This document shows positions 38,406 to 48,680 of a stretch of DNA of 64,000 nucleotides, piece after piece. Each line of letters opens with the position of its first letter. The first letter of the stretch is position 1. The translations under genes and the position numbers were made by a program. The notes beneath the pieces were generated by a model, which worked only from the letters and a program-made list of their open reading frames with translations, ran no database searches and had not been told where the DNA came from. Source of the DNA: Savitreella phatthalungensis (taxonomy: Eukaryota); NCBI GenBank assembly GCA_051599415.1, contig AP039690.1, forward strand, positions 1 through 64,000, read 5' to 3'.

Positions 38406-40040
38406 CTATCCTCGTTGCACTTTCCGTTTGGAGACACCTAGCATCTGCGGGTACGTCTTCTCGAACCAGAATTGGCAGGCACCTGGCAACGCGGCTGAGT
38501 TCCACTGGCTTTCAGGAAGAACGTCAACGGTCGGGTGTTGTTGGGCGTCGTCGGAAGTGTTGAATCGGACGTAGTTGCCCTCCTTCTGATTGACGCTGTC
38601 GATGAATGGCGGAAGCATCTCACCAGTCAAGTTATTCCGAGGCGCACCGTCAATGACAAACGACAGCCAAGCATCCAAATAGACCTTGTCAAACGGAAGA
38701 TGCTCTGGCTTGTCGTCCTTGGCATCCGGCATGAATGACTGATAGTCAGACCCGTGAAACACGGGAGGTCGAGCAAGCTGGTACCTGAAAGCCTTACCTG
38801 CAGGCCACCGACGGCCCAACCACTGACCCCAGCAGCCCCAGTTGTTGTCACCCTCAAGATACATCAGGCGATCCTGCTGGAAGGAAGTATTGAACTGAGG
38901 AAGCCTCGGATACAGCCGATCCATCTCTTCATAGTCTGCATCAGTGAGATGAAAGCTGGAAAATAGCTCCCGTTCGCGCTTGTAGGTCTCCGAGAGTGAA
39001 GTCACGTTGACTGCTTGTCTGCCTTCTTCGCCGGTCGTTGTTGTTATGAGTAATAGATTTCCATTTGCTTTTGCTCCGGAGGTGGACCAGTACCCACCGA
39101 CGGTGTCAACGACGAGATCATCATCAATTACCTCGACCCGGCCGTTGTCCATGCCGTACTGAAGCATTGTCGGGACAGGGACCTTGGCTAGGCAGTCGAT
39201 TTGTGCTGCTGCGGGAGCAGAGGCATCGCATTTGACGAGTTTGGTGAGATTGTTGTAACTGTCAATGACATGCTGGTCATCGTACCGAGCGAGGTTGCCT
39301 GTGAATGCTGCTGGAGACTGCAGGATCACTTTGTCGAACAACCTGTCACCGTAGGCTCCTCCCTTGGCTTCGGTGAGTAGAGAGACAATGCCTGAGCCGG
39401 ATGAGAACCCCCAAATTGTAACCTTGCGAGGATTCCCACCAAACTTGGCGATGTTCTGCTGCACCCACTCGAGCATGACGACCGCGTCCCAGACACCGAC
39501 ATTCTGTGGCAGACCGGCTTGCTTGAGAACGGGGCTTGCCAGCTGACCAAAGATGTTGACGCGCATGTTGTAGCTGATGAAAATGAACGGTCGACCGTAG
39601 ATTTTCATGAACCGTCGTGGATTTGCGTCTCCGCCACCGACAATACCAGCACCACCGAACGTGTGGATGAAAACTGGCAGTGGCTCCGAGAACTCTCCAT
39701 CGGGCGCCCAGATGTTCAGAAACAGACAATCCTCAGACCCAACGACCGTGTTGTTGTCCCCGGGTTGTGGACAGGACGGTCCGTATGCATCTGCTCTGAG
39801 AGTCAATACAGCACCGGTTGAGTCGTTGGTGGTGCTGGGGAGGACGCCTTTCCGAAACCGCTTGACTGGATCGGAGTAACGGACGCCGATCCATGCTTTG
39901 ATGTTCGACCCTGAGTCAAGCCGGCCTTGGATCTTCACGTAACCGAGATCGATTGGATCGAGATCGGTCCACGTGCCGTTGAGGTCTGATGCAATTGCAC
40001 TGGCACATGCAGCAAAGGCGACGAGTGACTTGAGGAGCAT
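38406..40040 (-). CDS. Secreted type-B carboxylesterase/lipase
   Basis: Signal peptide MLLKSLVAFAACASAIA; SEDCLFLNIWAP signature; NIAKFGGNP; nucleophile GFSSG; candidate Glu (TGEEG) and His (FHGSD). Confidence 0.88.
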   Translation of the reverse strand: MLLKSLVAFAACASAIASDLNGTWTDLDPIDLGYVKIQGRLDSGSNIKAWIGVRYSDPVKRFRKGVLPSTTNDSTGAVLTLRADAYGPSCPQPGDNNTVVGSEDCLFLNIWAPDGEFSEPLPVFIHTFGGAGIVGGGDANPRRFMKIYGRPFIFISYNMRVNIFGQLASPVLKQAGLPQNVGVWDAVVMLEWVQQNIAKFGGNPRKVTIWGFSSGSGIVSLLTEAKGGAYGDRLFDKVILQSPAAFTGNLARYDDQHVIDSYNNLTKLVKCDASAPAAAQIDCLAKVPVPTMLQYGMDNGRVEVIDDDLVVDTVGGYWSTSGAKANGNLLLITTTTGEEGRQAVNVTSLSETYKRERELFSSFHLTDADYEEMDRLYPRLPQFNTSFQQDRLMYLEGDNNWGCWGQWLGRRWPAGKAFRYQLARPPVFHGSDYQSFMPDAKDDKPEHLPFDKVYLDAWLSFVIDGAPRNNLTGEMLPPFIDSVNQKEGNYVRFNTSDDAQQHPTVDVLPESQWNSAALPGACQFWFEKTYPQMLGVSKRKVQRG

Positions 40041-40158
40041 AGCCTGGAGGACACGGTTCTGATTCACGCAAGGTTGTGTGGATGGACATCGCCTTTTCTA
40101 CGCACAAGTTTCAAGGACACGAGGTTGCACGATCTTGTAAGTTGATACGACAACTACT

Positions 40159-42444
40159 CTACTTCAGGTAATGCATATCCCAGTTGCTGTTCCACTTGAG
40201 CTTGTTTGCCTGCTCGATTGTAAGTCCCGGTGTGCCGTAGGTGACTGGTGAGAAGATGAGGAATCCGCCCACGATGGCTGAGATAATGGCAAACGCGGCA
40301 GTCCATGCCAACATGGAATTCTCGTCGCGTTCGACCGGGGTCGATGCTGACGTACTCTTGCCGCCATCCCGCAGGGTCGAGATGACGCCGCGTTCGCGCC
40401 TGCCGATCCGGCCAAAGATGAATTGGCACACGGCGCCGGCCACGAGAGACGAGGCGAGGTGGGATGGTAGGTAGTGGTGGAGGAAGAGTTGTCTGCCCAT
40501 GAGGTAGAATGGGAAATAATGTGCTGCCCACGCGAGCAGGAAGAATCCTGTAGAGTCATACAATCGCTTACGTGTTGCCGGCGAGATCGCCTGCTGACCA
40601 CGACGGGTCATGAGCTGATCTGCGGAGAAGACACCGACGAGGATGGCGATCAGAGCAATCGACAACCACCATCCCACCGGGTTGCCGATCAGGTAGATCT
40701 GTGATCGATCCTCGTCGTGCGTCCAGAAGGAGACGCCCCGCATGAGGAAAGGCCACTCGATCGGCTGGCTGGCGTACGGGTGGGAAGAGGTGAGCTTGTT
40801 GTTGTGGTAGAACATGAGTTGCTGCAGATGGAGCCACTTCGAGATGAAAGGCATCTTCTTGGTCTCTCTCGGGATCGTCTGCAGTCGTGCCGGGTCGTCG
40901 AGGCCGATGATGGATTCTGCATACCATGTGTTTCGCGAGTCTGCGACTTTTTTGTTACCATTGATCTCTTGCTGCTTGAAACCCCACTCGGGCAATGGCG
41001 GACTGTCACTCATCATCATGACCATCGTCGGCACGTGCTGGAGGGTGAAAAGACCAGCCTTCGTCTTGAATTCCTCGTCTGGCTTGCCCGTCTGCAGGCG
41101 GATGGCGAAGGTTGCGTCTGCGCTGCGGTCGCCGGCTGCCAAGTCTGGTGACACGGTGGTGAACTCTTGGTTAGTGGCGTAGAGTGGGGAAGCGACGTCG
41201 TGGGTGAGGAGCACGGTGTTTGTGTTGACGTGATACAGCTTGATCTGGTCGTTGTTCCGGACCCGGCGGCCGAGGACACGATTGTCGGGAGTCGAGTCGG
41301 CAGGGTAGATGATCCAGTGATTGTTGGTGTCATTGTGCGGGTAGCCAGTGACCTGCTGTCCTTGGGAGGAGACTCTACCGTCCTCGTACCTCAGCGGATA
41401 CTGGTCTGGGTGAGAATGCAGATAGGCGCGCGTTTCCTTGTGAACCAGGGTGATTGTGTCGTAGAAGTTGACTGGCCGCGCCTCGAGGAGCATCGGGTTG
41501 TCGGAGAGCGTCTCCTGGAATTCGGGTGACATGAACTCGTCTCCGGGTCCGGATTTCGTCAGGACGGAGAAGTGCACGTAGAACCAGAAGAGATAGAGGA
41601 TGAAGGGGATGACAATAAGGCCGACAAGCCGGGCGACAACGTGGCGGACGACAGTGATCATTGGGATGCCTCGCTCGATGTCGAGGATGTCCCAGAGGTC
41701 GATGGCGACGGCGAGGCCGATTGTGACGTAGGAGAAGAGACCGACGTATTTGGTCGACATGACACAGGAGAGTGCGACGCCGGTCAGCAGGAGCCACTTC
41801 CACCAGTTGTAGGAGAATGGCTGTCGGCGTTGTCTGTAGAACTTGACGTAGGAGTAGATTGCGCACGCCATAGCGAACACAAGCATAGAGTCGAGTAGGA
41901 TGAGGCGATCTTCGCCGATATGAGCGTTGTCGAAGAGGACGAGAGAGGTGGCGATCAGTGTTGCTGGCAAGCCATAGCCGGATTCCTTCATGGTGAGAAA
42001 GACGATGGGGATAGTGAGAGCACCGAGGGATGCCGGAAAGGCGCGAAGACCGACGTAGGGGACCTTGTTACGGATGTACGAATCGCCAATCTCGTTGAAG
42101 GTGAAGTGACCACGGTAGCCGATCAGCCAACCTGCAGCTGCGAGGGCGAGCTTCGCAAATGGTGGATGGACATCGAAGAAATAGGTGCGCTGAAGATAGT
42201 AGCTGGCGAATTTGCCAAAGTGGACTTCGTCGAACACCACCTCATCCGGATGATTGATGCGATAGAAGCGTGTGGCAAAGGCAAGGAGCGTCACAGTGAG
42301 GAGGGCGATGGACCAATATGCAGCGTTTGTTTTTGATCGGGAGATGGATATGAGGTCAGTTGATTTTGCCTTGACGACAGAGGTGGCTGCGTCTGTCTGA
42401 GACTGCTGCTGTCTCGATGAAGCTTTGGACTTGGTGGTGGCCAT
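40159..42444 (-). CDS. PMT4: Dolichyl-phosphate-mannose:protein O-mannosyltransferase, PMT4 subfamily
   Basis: VVFDEVHFGKFASYY, FFDVHPP, LHSHPDQYPLRYEDGRVSSQGQQVTGY, MIR domain and RQLFLHHYLP. Confidence 0.93.
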   Translation of the reverse strand: MATTKSKASSRQQQSQTDAATSVVKAKSTDLISISRSKTNAAYWSIALLTVTLLAFATRFYRINHPDEVVFDEVHFGKFASYYLQRTYFFDVHPPFAKLALAAAGWLIGYRGHFTFNEIGDSYIRNKVPYVGLRAFPASLGALTIPIVFLTMKESGYGLPATLIATSLVLFDNAHIGEDRLILLDSMLVFAMACAIYSYVKFYRQRRQPFSYNWWKWLLLTGVALSCVMSTKYVGLFSYVTIGLAVAIDLWDILDIERGIPMITVVRHVVARLVGLIVIPFILYLFWFYVHFSVLTKSGPGDEFMSPEFQETLSDNPMLLEARPVNFYDTITLVHKETRAYLHSHPDQYPLRYEDGRVSSQGQQVTGYPHNDTNNHWIIYPADSTPDNRVLGRRVRNNDQIKLYHVNTNTVLLTHDVASPLYATNQEFTTVSPDLAAGDRSADATFAIRLQTGKPDEEFKTKAGLFTLQHVPTMVMMMSDSPPLPEWGFKQQEINGNKKVADSRNTWYAESIIGLDDPARLQTIPRETKKMPFISKWLHLQQLMFYHNNKLTSSHPYASQPIEWPFLMRGVSFWTHDEDRSQIYLIGNPVGWWLSIALIAILVGVFSADQLMTRRGQQAISPATRKRLYDSTGFFLLAWAAHYFPFYLMGRQLFLHHYLPSHLASSLVAGAVCQFIFGRIGRRERGVISTLRDGGKSTSASTPVERDENSMLAWTAAFAIISAIVGGFLIFSPVTYGTPGLTIEQANKLKWNSNWDMHYLK

Positions 42445-43424
42445 GCTGTTGGAATGAAAGAGGATGCAGCAAGAAGGGAATTTGAAAGGGTTCAGAGGAG
42501 GTCTGACGCTGCTGCCAGTAAGACGTGGGACCAGACGATACTGCGGATATTAGAGAAAGTGAGTCGCTCGAGAGATACTCAGACTTGCACCTGTACGCGT
42601 TGCTGCACTGTATGAAGTAGGAATGCGGACTGTATGATGGCTTCCAATTCGAGTGGTGTGCAGCGTATGTAGGTGAATCAGGCTATCTGCTCGTCTCAAG
42701 TGCCTGACTGGTTGTTTGACCAACTTGACGACTGAATGATGGAAAGAGTGGTAGAGTGATTGATTGATTGATCGGCTGGATAGTGTGATTGATGATGTTG
42801 TTGAGCTGACTTTGGAGGTGTACCAAACGTGACAAGATGACACGATACACGACACGATTAGTATGCAGGAAAACACGGAGACGCGGGACGCGGGACATGG
42901 GACACGGGACAAAAAGGCGATATGTTAGAAGGAGAACAAATAATCGAGCAGGAAATATTCAATCTAATATCGATGACAATTTGGTTATTCGGTGGCATTG
43001 AAATGACTGAAACTTTATCGATGTATTGCTGCATCTGTATCCAAGATCGACCTCATGCATTCAATCGATGATCCTGATCATCAATTCTAAATTTAAATTA
43101 AATTAAATCATTTGAATCATGCATTCGATTGATTGATTCAGTCAATTGACTCCAGAACTGATTCAACCGTATATACTCGGGGAATAGTCATCCATCGAGA
43201 GAATATTCAGAATAGAGAGGGGATCTGATTTAAATTTCCAAAACACCTTAATTGAGTTTGACTCAAATTTTACTCTGACATGCAGCACTCCAGGATGAAT
43301 ATGATGAATCTGTATGTGCGGCCAGCGTGCATCCATCACAGATTTAAATTTACCCTTTGCAGGTCTCGACGTCGATGGATTCTAAAAATAAATTTAAATT
43401 TAAATTCAATTGTGCATCCTACAT

Positions 43425-43456
43425 TCACTCACTCACTCACTCACTCACTCACTCAC
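43425..43456 (+). repeat. (TCAC)8 microsatellite in the PMT4-NUP159 intergenic region
   Basis: Eight perfect TCAC units. Confidence 0.9.
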
Positions 43457-43821
43457 TCTCATTCTCTCCATTCACTCACTCATTCAGCAAACACACACCC
43501 ATACACATACACACACAGCATACTCGCGCGTGCATCCTTTGCCTTAATACTTCTAGTGTTACTCTCTCTCTCAGGTCATGACAGAGTACAGGTCAGCTAT
43601 AAAGCACGTGAACAGCTCTGCATCACCAGCAAGCTGAGTCAGACCGTCATCATCATCACCATTATCATCATCAAGAAGTAATTCCTCCCAGGGTCATTGC
43701 GCAATTCAGCTGGAAAGATCAAAGTGTTCTTTGAAGCTGCTAGAGACAGACACAAGGCTCGCCTTAATATTGTCACTTGGTCAAACTTCCCCTTGCACGA
43801 TCAACCTATCATCATGCTGCC

Positions 43822-46800
43822 ATGAGTAACAACAATACTTTTGCGGCACTAGCTCCTGCTGCACAAAATCAGACTTCTGCAGCTATCCAGCTCAAGGAGA
43901 CAGACGAGAGAGCCACAGACAAGCATGGCTTCACGGCAGTCGCGGGCGATAGTTATCTCAAGCTAGACTCACCCAGACCTCCTGCATTCCCCCACGCACG
44001 AACACAGCTGCTGGACATCAAGGCAGGCCGATACGTGTATGCTACAGCTTCAGCAATATTCACAGGTCCAACCACAGAACTTTACACCGCGCTTGACCAA
44101 ATCAAGTCTCAGCGAGACTTCCGCGGATCCACCACGACCTTGTTCGATGCTGCCACTCATCTCGCACTCTCAGCAGACGCTTCACACATCTATGCGCTTT
44201 CTGCCGCTGGAGGGCTATGCTTGTTCGACACAAAGCTCACACGTCAATTGGAAATACCCTCCGGTGCAGCGGCAGATCTGGTCGCGAATCCAGTCGACTC
44301 TACTGCCGCCATCCTATCACAAGACGGACAGCTCGTCGTTCTGAATGGCTCCAGCCCGAGTCCCATCACCAGATCATGCTCCGCCGTGGCATGGTCGAAA
44401 AAGGGAAAACAGCTTGTCGCTGGCCTCTCGTCTGGACATCTACAGTGCTATACGCCTGCTGGAGAGCTCAAAGCAGACATGCAGCCTCCATCCGCTGATG
44501 TAGGCACCGTCGCCGCAGTCGAATGGCTGGAGAACCACGTCTTCGCCGTCGTATACTGCAAGATCGACGACGGCGAACACACGCTAAGCGTCTACCTGCT
44601 CAGGCGGTCGCCAGACTCGAAGCAGCTATCATACACATCCATCACGAACCCATCACTGTCGTTCGGAGACACCTCACATCCTCCCGTCTATTCTCTCCGC
44701 CAGTTGTCAAAGACCCTGGTGCTCACTGCATCGACATGCAGTGCAGATCTCGGCCTCATCTCCAGTAAGCACGAGGCCACCTTGGCTATCGACGATGATA
44801 CACAGCGTGCTGTCCTGCGCTTCAGCGAGGCAGACCGCGACTGCGAGGTCAGCATCACAGGCCTCGCCGTCGATGTGCACGCCGACAAGTGCTACGTGTG
44901 GTACGTCGACAACGACGGCGGCTGCGCAGCCTGGGAGGTCAGTGACGAAGAGGACGGAGGTCTGATAGAGTTCCTTTCATCAGGTGCTCCAGCAGCAGCT
45001 TCATCCGCTCCGACAGCTGCCGCTGCCAGTCCATTTGGGGCTTCGACCTCGGGCCCAGCATCGAGTCCATTTGGCGCATCGACGACAGGAAACAACCCAA
45101 GTCCATTTGCTTCGAGCTCAGCGTTTGGCGGTGGCGGCGGTGTTTCAGCAGCAAGTCCATTTGCCGGCAGCTCCAGTGCATTCGGGTCCACGACCTCACC
45201 CTTCAACAAAACCACATCGCCCGCGTTCGGTAGCAGATCAGCCTTTGGCCAGAGCAGCGCGCTCGGACAACCAACCGCTTTTGGGTCATCCGGTTTCGGA
45301 CAGACTTCCTTCGGACAGTCAGCCTCCACTGCAAACGCTCCAGCTGCGGCTAAACCGACTTTCGGTGGATTCGGATCCTCAGCATTCGGCAGCGCGACAG
45401 GCGAAGTCAAGCCATTTTCAGGCTTCGGCTCAGCCGCGACAGCTTCATCATCACCGTTCAGCCAGCCCAAGGCTGCATCTGCTCTGCGGGACGAAATGCA
45501 AGACGATGGAAGTGACCGCGAGTCAGATGATCAGATGGCAGCTCTCGATGAACAGGAACCAGCGGCTGTCAATCAAGATCTCGATCTCGGCAGTGATTCT
45601 GGAGACAACGCAGGCACGACTAAGCCAGCCTTTTCTTTCAGCGGCATCGGCCAGAGCTCTGCTCAGAGCAACAAACCGTCCGCTTTCTCTTTCAACTCGA
45701 AGCCTGCGGAAGCATCAAAGTCGGCATTCTCTAGCGCAGGAGCTACAGGTGGGACGACGGCCTTTGGCAGCAGTGCTGGTGCATTCTCATTCCCAAAGCC
45801 GGAAGCAGGAGGCTTCGGGTCAAGCGCTTTCAGCAAGCCCGCAGAACGGCAGACGCCTGCGTTCGCCTCTCCTGCCACTGGGGCGTCAAAAACTGAAGAC
45901 TCGAAACCGAAGGACAATCCATTCGCCCAGCCAGCTTTCGCGTTTGGCTCTTTCAAGAAGCCAGATGAGCCAAAGAAAACTGAGCTCAGACCGCCAGCGT
46001 CAAGCTCGACTGTCTCTGCTAGGGATCAGCCCAATATGGAGCAACCCACGAAACCTTCATTCAGCTTCTCATCGTCTGCCAACGCTGAATCCACCCAGCC
46101 AGCCTCGAACAGTCAGCCAGTTAGTACAGACACAAAGAAGCACGAACCTGCGAAGTCAGCATTCAGCTTTGCAACAGTCAAAGCATCAGACGCAGCAAAG
46201 CCAGCGTTCAGCTTTGGATCCTCCCAGACTGAACAGTCGACGAAGTCTACAAGCTCAGCATTTGGCACGAGCAGCTTTGGATTCGGTAGTCTGGCACCTG
46301 CGAAGACCTCCAGTGCGTCTGAAGTCAGGAAAGACGCGGAAACAGCACCCAACAAGGCCAATGTATCGAAAGAGCCGGCTCCTCTACCACCTTTCCCGAG
46401 CTCGACACCGAAGCCTGCCACAGAATCTGCGCCATTGCCGCCATTCCCGGGAGCAACTGACAAGGTCACAGCTCCCAAAGCTGAATCAGCTCCCCTTCCT
46501 CCATTCCCGAGCACAAAGGTCGAGAATGCAAACCCAAAGCCTGATGCCGCGCCGCTTCCTCCATTTCCTTCCAGCTCGACCAAGTCTGCCGAGCCCGCAC
46601 CACTGCCTCCTCTGCCTGGCCTATCGCCTGCGCCCCCTAAAGTGGGAGCTCCCGTTGTTGCTAGCAGCGAAGCTGATGCGGGTGACGATGATCATGACTT
46701 GGAGGACGACGACGAGGACGACGACGAGGACGACGACGAGGACGACGACGAGGGTGAGGAGGACGAAGAGGACGCATTCGAGGATGAGGAGAATGAGGAC

Positions 46801-48630
46801 GACGATGACTATGAGGACGTGACTGACGAGGACCGATCGGAAGGAGAAGACGGGGAGGCTACCGAGTCAGAGGACGACGGCGCCGAAAAAGTGTCCGCCT
46901 TTGCGCCAAAGACCCCGGCGTTTTCATTCGGTGGCGGATCTGGCGCGAAGACAGCTCAATCGCCGTTCTCCAATTTGAGCGGGAACTCGCCATTCGGCCT
47001 GCAGAAGAATGAGACTGACAATAAGCCTGCTACACAAGGCGCAGAAACTCCCGCGTCAGACACGAAGCCAACGTTCAGCTTCTCGTCCACCGCCCCATCG
47101 GCTGCCAAGACACCGGGAGCAGATAGCAAACCGACTTTCAGCTTCTCTCCGGTTCCATCGACTGCTAAGAATACTGATGGCAAAGGCTCAAGCTTCGCTG
47201 CTGAGGAAAAGAAGACCACAGCGCCAGAAAGCAAACCGTTTATGGGTTTCGGCCTCCAGCCGCCGACAAAGCTTGCCAACCAAACTGCAACTGGCTCGAA
47301 ATCATCCGACAAAGAGGCTTCTACAGAATCTGCGCCATCTTTCACCTTCGGCAAGGGCGCTTCCGCTGTGGATCAAGCAGCTTCATCGAAGCCCGAGCCT
47401 CGTTCATTCGATGCTCCGGCTACGTTGACGAGCTCTTCAGCGATTACACAGACAATGGAGGCAAAGAAGCCGGATGTTCATGCCAAACCGCCAGCTCCCA
47501 AGCTAGAGTCCTTGGCTCCTTTACGGGACGCACAACGCACTGGGGGCGTCAACGACATGTCGCGCGAATTCGAGTTGACTATGGCCAACATCGATGAGAA
47601 GTTCGACATCATTTCGAAGAACGTGCAGGTATTCGATATGTTCCTTTCCGCAGTGGCGGCGTCAGATGAACCTCTGGCAAAGCTGGACGACCATGCAGGC
47701 AACATCGACCGTGCCGTGAAGCGTGCAATGGACGTGGCCACACCCCGCGCTCGCGACCTGCAACAGCTCAACACGGCCAAGTCGGCCCTTGTCAAGCTCG
47801 AAGGTCAGCGAATCAAGATCTCGCGATTACTGCGCGCCCAGACTGATCCTCAGTTCGCGAGGCAGGCCCATATCTCTGCCCTGAGTCCAGAATACGCTGC
47901 TCAGCAGCGAGAGCTGCGGAAGCTGTTTGCAAAGGTCGAGGGAGATCTAGCAGAGGCGACGTCGAAACTGACGATGATCCGTGCTCGGTTGTCTGGAAGC
48001 ACGCGAGACGGGGGCGACGACCCCTCAACTGCAGGACCCACCGAAGAGGATGTTGCGCGAGCTGCAGGCAGAGTTCACACGCTCGCTCTTGACCACGCTG
48101 CTCGGATCGACGTCCTCCATAGAGCCCTGTCTCGCGGCGGTGGTCTCGGTGGCGCAGTCTCGACCGACAACTCTTTCGCATCGTCTGCTGCCGCCACAAC
48201 CACCTCTCGCCACGCCAGAGGCTCGAGTCTGACATCGGCCTCGCAGATGCTTGCCAACATGACACTCCTAGGTGCATCGCCGTCGCCCTCCCGACGCGCT
48301 GCCTCTGCTGCCCTCTACCGAAGCGAATCCCACCGGATGTCGCACTCGCAGACACGACGCGCTCGAGGGCAGATCCTTGACGACACGAGTTTCGCTTCGG
48401 CGGAAGATGTGACTGCGGATGTGACGATCGCCGACGATGCAAGAGGACCTGCTCGGCTGGCCAACACCACCACCTCACGCCCACAGACCTCTAGCAGCAC
48501 CGAGTCCGCGTACCCCTACGTCTCCGCGCACGAGGCAAGGCAGGCCGACCGCCGCCAGCTCGCTCGAGCCCTGCAGAAGAAAGCACTAGCGCGCGGCGGC
48601 GCACACAAGACAGAACTTGCTCGGTCATAG
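43822..48630 (+). CDS. NUP159: FG-repeat nucleoporin Nup159/Nup214 family
   Basis: N-terminal beta-propeller (VAWSKKGKQLVAG), SPFG/SAFG/PAFSF repeats, acidic tract and C-terminal coiled coil. First ATG at 43822. Confidence 0.88.
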   Translation: MSNNNTFAALAPAAQNQTSAAIQLKETDERATDKHGFTAVAGDSYLKLDSPRPPAFPHARTQLLDIKAGRYVYATASAIFTGPTTELYTALDQIKSQRDFRGSTTTLFDAATHLALSADASHIYALSAAGGLCLFDTKLTRQLEIPSGAAADLVANPVDSTAAILSQDGQLVVLNGSSPSPITRSCSAVAWSKKGKQLVAGLSSGHLQCYTPAGELKADMQPPSADVGTVAAVEWLENHVFAVVYCKIDDGEHTLSVYLLRRSPDSKQLSYTSITNPSLSFGDTSHPPVYSLRQLSKTLVLTASTCSADLGLISSKHEATLAIDDDTQRAVLRFSEADRDCEVSITGLAVDVHADKCYVWYVDNDGGCAAWEVSDEEDGGLIEFLSSGAPAAASSAPTAAAASPFGASTSGPASSPFGASTTGNNPSPFASSSAFGGGGGVSAASPFAGSSSAFGSTTSPFNKTTSPAFGSRSAFGQSSALGQPTAFGSSGFGQTSFGQSASTANAPAAAKPTFGGFGSSAFGSATGEVKPFSGFGSAATASSSPFSQPKAASALRDEMQDDGSDRESDDQMAALDEQEPAAVNQDLDLGSDSGDNAGTTKPAFSFSGIGQSSAQSNKPSAFSFNSKPAEASKSAFSSAGATGGTTAFGSSAGAFSFPKPEAGGFGSSAFSKPAERQTPAFASPATGASKTEDSKPKDNPFAQPAFAFGSFKKPDEPKKTELRPPASSSTVSARDQPNMEQPTKPSFSFSSSANAESTQPASNSQPVSTDTKKHEPAKSAFSFATVKASDAAKPAFSFGSSQTEQSTKSTSSAFGTSSFGFGSLAPAKTSSASEVRKDAETAPNKANVSKEPAPLPPFPSSTPKPATESAPLPPFPGATDKVTAPKAESAPLPPFPSTKVENANPKPDAAPLPPFPSSSTKSAEPAPLPPLPGLSPAPPKVGAPVVASSEADAGDDDHDLEDDDEDDDEDDDEDDDEGEEDEEDAFEDEENEDDDDYEDVTDEDRSEGEDGEATESEDDGAEKVSAFAPKTPAFSFGGGSGAKTAQSPFSNLSGNSPFGLQKNETDNKPATQGAETPASDTKPTFSFSSTAPSAAKTPGADSKPTFSFSPVPSTAKNTDGKGSSFAAEEKKTTAPESKPFMGFGLQPPTKLANQTATGSKSSDKEASTESAPSFTFGKGASAVDQAASSKPEPRSFDAPATLTSSSAITQTMEAKKPDVHAKPPAPKLESLAPLRDAQRTGGVNDMSREFELTMANIDEKFDIISKNVQVFDMFLSAVAASDEPLAKLDDHAGNIDRAVKRAMDVATPRARDLQQLNTAKSALVKLEGQRIKISRLLRAQTDPQFARQAHISALSPEYAAQQRELRKLFAKVEGDLAEATSKLTMIRARLSGSTRDGGDDPSTAGPTEEDVARAAGRVHTLALDHAARIDVLHRALSRGGGLGGAVSTDNSFASSAAATTTSRHARGSSLTSASQMLANMTLLGASPSPSRRAASAALYRSESHRMSHSQTRRARGQILDDTSFASAEDVTADVTIADDARGPARLANTTTSRPQTSSSTESAYPYVSAHEARQADRRQLARALQKKALARGGAHKTELARS

Positions 48631-48680
48631 TACACAAAAAATCCCATCTATTTCCCTCTTCCACTCTAACACTCGACCTG

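Noticed and set aside
38219..38563. 114-aa hydrophobic ORF
   Set aside because: It overlaps the tRNA-Met gene, its T-rich terminator and the antisense of the carboxylesterase; the hydrophobicity comes from T-runs.
44984..46822. 612-aa +1-frame ORF overlapping NUP159 (possible overprinted gene)
   Set aside because: Stops in the +1 frame need NTA or NTG codons (Leu/Val/Ile/Met) in the main frame, and these are scarce in the S/A/P/F/G/K-rich FG region. The start is non-ATG.
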